Source of the DNA: Candidatus Woesebacteria bacterium
GTDB lineage: Bacteria; Patescibacteriota; Microgenomatia; UBA8517
Reading direction: 5' to 3'
Assembly: GCA_963784785.1 (NCBI GenBank)
Contig: CAWASW010000007.1
Location: 2,394 to 66,393, forward strand
DNA: 64,000 bases
Under the pieces are notes generated by a model. The model ran no database searches and had not been told where the DNA came from. It saw nothing but the letters and a program-made list of their open reading frames with translations. The translations under genes were made by a program, and so were the position numbers. This document shows, piece after piece, positions 59,638 to 64,000 of this stretch (positions within the stretch are counted from its first letter, which is position 1; every line of letters starts with the position of its first letter).

Positions 59638-60325
59638 TCAAACCGCGTATATAGAAATTCGTGGAGCCACAGGTGGAGATGAAGCCAAATTATGGGGTCA
59701 AGATCTTCTTCGTATGTATTCACGCTTTGCAACCAAAAAAAATTGGAAACAAGCCCAAATTGATGATTTAACTCTAAAAATCTCTGGACCTGATGTTTTT
59801 GATCTTCTAAAAAATGAGTCTGGAGTACACAGAGTTCAAAGAGTACCTACTACTGAAAAAAGAGGCAGAATTCACACTTCAACCGCAACAGTCGCTGTAT
59901 TGCCTGAAGTCGCAGAGACAGACGTTCAAATCGACTCACGCGACCTTGAGTGGCAGTTTACTACTGCTGGCGGTCATGGCGGACAAAACGTCAACAAAGT
60001 AGCGACAGCAGTAAGACTTAGACATGTTCCCTCTGGAATAGTAGTTCAAGCAAGAGAAGAAAGATTTCAAGAACAAAATAGAATTATTGCCATGGCACTT
60101 CTTCGAACTAAACTCTGGGAAAAACAAGAAGAAGATAAGTTAAAAACAATTGCAGGATACAGAAGCGTGATAGGCAAAGGAATGAGGAGTGAGAAAATCA
60201 GGACTTATAACTATCCACAGGATAGAATCACTGATCATAGAATTGGTAAAAACTGGGGAAATTTGGAAGTAATCGTCGACGGCAATCTTGATAAGGTAAT
60301 CGAACTCACCAAAAATATCCAGTAA
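59630..60325 (+). CDS. prfA: class I peptide chain release factor (RF1-like, N-terminally short)
   Basis: GGQ motif ([13 protein letters not shown]) and an RF1-type tripeptide region RVQRVPTTE...RIHTS. The protein is only about 231 aa and lacks the usual N-terminal domain. The ATG at 59630 overlaps the rpmE stop. Confidence 0.7.
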   Translation: MLNQTAYIEIRGATGGDEAKLWGQDLLRMYSRFATKKNWKQAQIDDLTLKISGPDVFDLLKNESGVHRVQRVPTTEKRGRIHTSTATVAVLPEVAETDVQIDSRDLEWQFTTAGGHGGQNVNKVATAVRLRHVPSGIVVQAREERFQEQNRIIAMALLRTKLWEKQEEDKLKTIAGYRSVIGKGMRSEKIRTYNYPQDRITDHRIGKNWGNLEVIVDGNLDKVIELTKNIQ

Positions 60326-60326
60326 T

Positions 60327-61292
60327 TCATCTTAATAGCATCAAAATTAAACTTACGATTTTTTCTTTATCTTTCGGATTACTTTCCGCAACCAATAATG
60401 TTAATGTTGTTAAAGCTTCAGGTGAAATCCTTGTTGTATCTAACATTTTTGCTTTATGCAAAAACCAGACGAATGCAAATGCACCGCTTCGTTTATTGCC
60501 ATCATTAAACGGGTGATTTTTAACAAAAAAATACAATAGATGAGAAGCTTTTTCTTCAATTGTGGGATATACGTCCTTTCCAGCAAATGATTGAAAAACA
60601 TTTCCAAGGATACCTTTTACGCTTTCTTTCTGTTTTTCTTGACCGAATAACTCAGAAGCCTCGTTCTTTTTTATCAACTCAGTTTTTAGGCTAATCAGCG
60701 CCTTTTCTAATTCATCAGATGTAACATTTACTTGTTTCTTTATATTTCCTCTTTTAGGAAATTCGATTTTGTCATAGGTATCCAAAGACAACCATGTTGA
60801 AGCAAAAAGTTTAATTAATTCAATTACTGATTCAGTTCTCAACTCGCTACTATTAGGCAAAAACTTTTTGATATCATCAACGGCTTGTATGAACATACTG
60901 TAGTTTTTAAACAGCCTTTTCTTGTTTAAAGTGTAACCCTCAACAATATGCTGTTTCAAAGTCTTTGTCGCCCATTGACGAAAAATTGTTGCTTTTTTGG
61001 AATTTACTCTGTATCCGACACTTAATATAAGATCTAAATTGTAGTGTTCTATATTTCTTTTTATTTCTCTATTACCCTCTTTTTGAACTGTTGCAAAAAA
61101 CGCAACAGTTGATTTACGATCAAGTTCGTTATCAGTATAAATATTTTTAATGTGTCTTGATATACCAGATTTATCAGTTTCAAAAAGATCAACTATTTGT
61201 TGCAGACTAGCCCAAATGGTTTCCTTTTCAAAATCACCCTTAAATTCTAAAGATCCATTTTTACTTTGATATATAACTATTTGTCTATCCAT
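60327..61292 (-). CDS. Fic/Doc-family protein with RhuM-like N-terminal domain
   Basis: C-terminal HPFNDGNKRSGAF matches the Fic HxFx(D/E)GNxR core. The N-terminal 120 aa resemble the RhuM virulence-protein family. Confidence 0.65.
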   Translation of the reverse strand: MDRQIVIYQSKNGSLEFKGDFEKETIWASLQQIVDLFETDKSGISRHIKNIYTDNELDRKSTVAFFATVQKEGNREIKRNIEHYNLDLILSVGYRVNSKKATIFRQWATKTLKQHIVEGYTLNKKRLFKNYSMFIQAVDDIKKFLPNSSELRTESVIELIKLFASTWLSLDTYDKIEFPKRGNIKKQVNVTSDELEKALISLKTELIKKNEASELFGQEKQKESVKGILGNVFQSFAGKDVYPTIEEKASHLLYFFVKNHPFNDGNKRSGAFAFVWFLHKAKMLDTTRISPEALTTLTLLVAESNPKDKEKIVSLILMLLR

Positions 61293-61386
61293 GATTTTAT
61301 TTTAGTACATACCACAAAACTTGCAAATATTGATAAGTAGGTATAAACTATGGGCTCAAATCCTGTGTTGAAAGGAGATCTTTGAA

Positions 61387-61497
61387 ATGGCAGCCAAACT
61401 AGGCCCCGCTAAAGTTACCGTAATTGTAATTTTATGTATGTTCCTTTTTTTTGGAGCATGTGCCCTTTTTGGCGTGTATATCCCGTCAAATTTCTAA
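61387..61497 (+). CDS. hydrophobic micropeptide (36 aa, single TM)
   Basis: SD AAAGGAG 8 nt upstream; MAAKLGPAKVTVIVILCMFLFFGACALFGVYIPSNF; local GC-rich island. Confidence 0.3.
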   Translation: MAAKLGPAKVTVIVILCMFLFFGACALFGVYIPSNF

Positions 61498-61532
61498 AAA
61501 ATAAAAAATTCTCAAGGAAAGGAGAAAATACC

Positions 61533-61625
61533 ATGTCAGCAAAAGCTCAATGGGTTACGATAGTCGTGACGATTGCAATAAGCATTTCCGCAGTCGTCTA
61601 CGCGATTTCACAAGGTTGGTTGTAA
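61533..61625 (+). CDS. hydrophobic micropeptide (30 aa, single TM)
   Basis: SD AAGGAAAGGAG upstream; MSAKAQWVTIVVTIAISISAVVYAISQGWL; followed by a terminator hairpin. Confidence 0.3.
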   Translation: MSAKAQWVTIVVTIAISISAVVYAISQGWL

Positions 61626-61638
61626 TTTTTTTTCGTTT

Positions 61639-61682
61639 AACAGTGGTTTTTGTTACCAAGCACGAACCACTGTTAGTTTTTT
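61639..61682. terminator. intrinsic terminator hairpin at convergent gene ends
   Basis: AACAGTGGTT ... AACCACTGTT 10-bp stem followed by AGTTTTTT; it overlaps the ctpA stop region. Confidence 0.5.
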
Positions 61683-62920
61683 ACAAGCTCTATAGCCTTC
61701 TGAAGCTGTTCATCTACTTCCAAGGTTTCTTCATTATCTTTAATTTCCACATCTGGAGTTATGCCTTTTTCATGAACCCAATTTCCTTTAGGTGTTAACC
61801 ATTTTGCAATTGTGATATGCAAACTTGATCCTTTTTCAAGCTGAAGAGGTTCTTGAATTGTTCCTTTTCCAAATGTTTTATCCCCTACTAACTTATATCC
61901 CATTCCTTCAGATAGTGCTCCTGCCAAGATTTCTGATGCCGATGCACTTCCACCGTTGACCAAAACTACTACCTTCATATTACCAAATTTCCCTGTTCTG
62001 TCAGTTTTATACTCTGTGCGGTTCTTTCCACCCCTGTCCTCGATTACAGCTACTGATCCTTTTTTCATAAATTCTCCTGCAATATCTACTGAACTCTGTA
62101 AATATCCACCAGGATTATTTCTCAAATCTAGTATTATCCCTGTCACCTGTCCGCTTTTCGCTGTTACCTCATCTACTACTTTCTGCCATTCATTATCAGT
62201 ATCTGCTCCAAATTTAATAAGTTTAATATGCGCCACTTTGTCTGATTCAAGGTAACTAACTGTTACTGACGGTACATCAATTGCCTCTCTTACTATTTCT
62301 TTTTTAAATGACTCTGTGGATTCACCTCGAAGTAACACTAAAGTAATTTTAGTTCCAGCTTTACCTCTAATTATTTTGACTGCGTCATTTAGATTAATTC
62401 CAGCTGTGGAAATTTCGATCTTTTTCTCAGTATCAACCAATCCAATTATTAAATCCCCCGCCTTAATCCCTGCCTCTTCGGCTGGTGAATTTGGAAGAGG
62501 AGCGATTACTGCTAAGTTTTTACCTTTAAACCCAATTTGTATACCTACACCTTGAAAGCTTCCTGAAAGATCTTCTTCTACCACTTTATTTTCTTCTGGA
62601 GGAAGAAATGCTGTATATGGGTCACCTAGTGAAGATGTCAAGCCTGAGATAGCCCCGTAGACCATCTTACTAACATTAATTTTTGATTTGTCATAGTATG
62701 ACGAATCAATAGTGTCCCAGACTTTCCAAAAAAGAGCAAAGTCCACATCTGATTGGTTCTTCGGAATTGATCTAGATATTTTTACTTTAGGAAAAGTACC
62801 CGAATCTAATTTAAACCCATTAACTCCAAAATAATATCCAGACATGAATACTATTCCGATACCAAGTGATATTAATACAACTTTTCTGACAACAGCAAAA
62901 TTTAAACGTGTAGTAGACAT
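61673..62920 (-). CDS. ctpA: carboxy-terminal processing protease (S41 family) with PDZ domain
   Basis: 415 aa with an N-terminal TM segment, a PDZ domain (GIGIQIGFKGKNLAVIAPLPNSPAEEAGIKAGDLI), and the S41 catalytic Ser/Lys region. Confidence 0.85.
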   Translation of the reverse strand: MSTTRLNFAVVRKVVLISLGIGIVFMSGYYFGVNGFKLDSGTFPKVKISRSIPKNQSDVDFALFWKVWDTIDSSYYDKSKINVSKMVYGAISGLTSSLGDPYTAFLPPEENKVVEEDLSGSFQGVGIQIGFKGKNLAVIAPLPNSPAEEAGIKAGDLIIGLVDTEKKIEISTAGINLNDAVKIIRGKAGTKITLVLLRGESTESFKKEIVREAIDVPSVTVSYLESDKVAHIKLIKFGADTDNEWQKVVDEVTAKSGQVTGIILDLRNNPGGYLQSSVDIAGEFMKKGSVAVIEDRGGKNRTEYKTDRTGKFGNMKVVVLVNGGSASASEILAGALSEGMGYKLVGDKTFGKGTIQEPLQLEKGSSLHITIAKWLTPKGNWVHEKGITPDVEIKDNEETLEVDEQLQKAIELVKN

Positions 62921-62942
62921 GTGAATAATGATACCGTATTAA

Positions 62943-63179
62943 TTAGAATGGGAGAAGGGCTAAAAATCTTGCTCTTTGAACTTCACCTGCTAATGATCTT
63001 TGGTGTTTTGCACAAACTCCACTTCTCTCTCTTGTGTAGATTCTGCCTCTATCTGACAAGAACTTAGCTAGATTTTCATAATTTTTATATGATGGAGTCG
63101 ATTTTGAATCACAGAACAAACAACTCGTTGAGAGTGGTCTTTCTTTTCTTATTTGTTTTTTAAATTTTTTCTTTGCCAT
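62943..63179 (-). CDS. rpsR: 30S ribosomal protein S18
   Basis: CLFCDSK...YKNYENLAKFLSDRGRI...RSGVCAKHQRSLAGEVQRARFLALLPF. Confidence 0.9.
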   Translation of the reverse strand: MAKKKFKKQIRKERPLSTSCLFCDSKSTPSYKNYENLAKFLSDRGRIYTRERSGVCAKHQRSLAGEVQRARFLALLPF

Positions 63180-63221
63180 TTTAGTTAGATTGTAGGTTAT
63201 AGATTATAGATTATAGATAGA

Positions 63222-63692
63222 TTAGAACGGGATGTCATCCGTTGCAACATCTTCTGTCTTTGCTTTTTCTACCTTTTTATTTTTTTCAGATTTTGCTTCT
63301 ACTTGTTCAGGGACGTTAAATTCTTGGCTAACTTCTGAACTTGTTTCAGAACCTGCGTTAGGTTTTGAATCAAGTAAAATCATATCATTAATTACAACTT
63401 CTGAAATGTACTTGGTTACACCTTCTTTATCTTCATAGCTTCTGTTTGACAACCTTCCTTCAACATAAACTTTTCTACCCTTTTTCAAAAGTTGTCCACA
63501 AATCTCTGCAAGTTTATTCCATGCAACTATTCTTGTAAAGTCTACTTCTTCTTTCTTTTCACCAGTATCAGTTGTCCAACCTCTATTTGTTGCAATAGTA
63601 AAAGTTGCAACAGCCATAGATGTTGCAGTATATTTAAGTTCAGGATCTTTTGTTAAGTTTCCAATTAATTGAACTTTGTTTAATGACTTCAT
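63222..63692 (-). CDS. ssb: single-stranded DNA-binding protein
   Basis: OB-fold N-terminus MKSLNKVQLIGNLTKDPELKYT, acidic C-terminal tail ending DDIPF. Confidence 0.9.
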   Translation of the reverse strand: MKSLNKVQLIGNLTKDPELKYTATSMAVATFTIATNRGWTTDTGEKKEEVDFTRIVAWNKLAEICGQLLKKGRKVYVEGRLSNRSYEDKEGVTKYISEVVINDMILLDSKPNAGSETSSEVSQEFNVPEQVEAKSEKNKKVEKAKTEDVATDDIPF

Positions 63693-63694
63693 GA

Positions 63695-63988
63695 TTATTT
63701 TTGTGCTTCTGTCCTCACAATCAAATATCTTAAAATTTCGCTAGTTGCTTTAAGTTTAATCTCAAAAGGTTTAATGTTCTTTGCAATCATCTCAAATGGC
63801 ATATGAAGATACATTCCTTCTTTCTGTTTTGCAATTTCATGGAATAATTCCTTTACACCCCAATCTTCAGCCTTTTCAATTTTACCTTCAAGCAACTTGA
63901 TCGACTTCTCAAGAGTTTCCAAAACAGTCTTTTTCTTTGCAGCAGTAGTTTTGCTCTCAAGAATGATTGTAAGTTCGTATTTGTTCAT
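63695..63988 (-). CDS. rpsF: 30S ribosomal protein S6
   Basis: MNKYELTIILESK... is a typical S6 N-terminus, in the rpsF-ssb-rpsR order. Confidence 0.85.
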   Translation of the reverse strand: MNKYELTIILESKTTAAKKKTVLETLEKSIKLLEGKIEKAEDWGVKELFHEIAKQKEGMYLHMPFEMIAKNIKPFEIKLKATSEILRYLIVRTEAQK

Positions 63989-64000
63989 AATATTATATAT

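Noticed and set aside
61321-61365. GGCTCAAATCC-like sequence resembling a tRNA T-arm
   Set aside because: No acceptor, D or anticodon arms could be folded around it.

Overview
The window is AT-rich, gene-dense bacterial chromosome with short intergenic spacers and many 4-nt start/stop overlaps. I infer (not proven) that it comes from a reduced-genome lineage such as Patescibacteria/CPR. Several core genes look shortened (holB-like, prfA, G6PD-like), which fits that inference. Core genes are clear: tyrS (5' partial), recG, rpmF, nusB, rnc, rpsP plus KH protein, holB-like, gyrB, ppa, a malic enzyme (frameshifted), ddl, gyrA, yebC, kefB-like, rluA, dksA-like, efp, dnaB, hisS, rpmE, prfA (short), ctpA and rpsR-ssb-rpsF. 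The dominant accessory block is a roughly 17 kb type IV pilus locus at 4.7-21.7 kb. On the minus strand it holds pilO/N/M, a PilX-like gene, at least 9 tandem prepilin-like genes with pilD embedded, then pilC, pilT and pilB. A plus-strand trio of unknown proteins (7.9-11.6 kb) interrupts this locus and includes a Cys-rich secreted FN3-like protein. Mobile DNA is two identical 520-bp IS200-type insertion sequences (tnpA only). One copy sits inside a second, distinct HUH/Y1 REP-associated-transposase-like gene that is itself flanked by three REP-like palindromes (ATCACACCT...AGGTGTGAT). In-silico removal of that IS restores one continuous ORF. A tyrosine recombinase (41.1-42.0 kb) lies next to a JAB/MPN-like protein and an 880-bp non-coding AT-rich tract containing iteron-like repeats and one perfect DnaA-box 9-mer. 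I recognised two tRNAs by hand. tRNA-Leu(CAA) is at 51595..51678. A probable tRNA-His(GTG) at 55563..55635 has an unusual T-loop. Just upstream of tRNA-His is a GC-rich candidate small RNA with a near-consensus sigma70 promoter and tandem intrinsic terminators. Other noteworthy items are a Fic/RhuM-like protein next to two SD-led hydrophobic micropeptides, an in-frame 9-nt tandem repeat at two sites inside rluA, and a possible inserted island between tRNA-His and hisS. No CRISPR array or rRNA was seen. All calls rest on motif recognition by eye; no database searches were possible.
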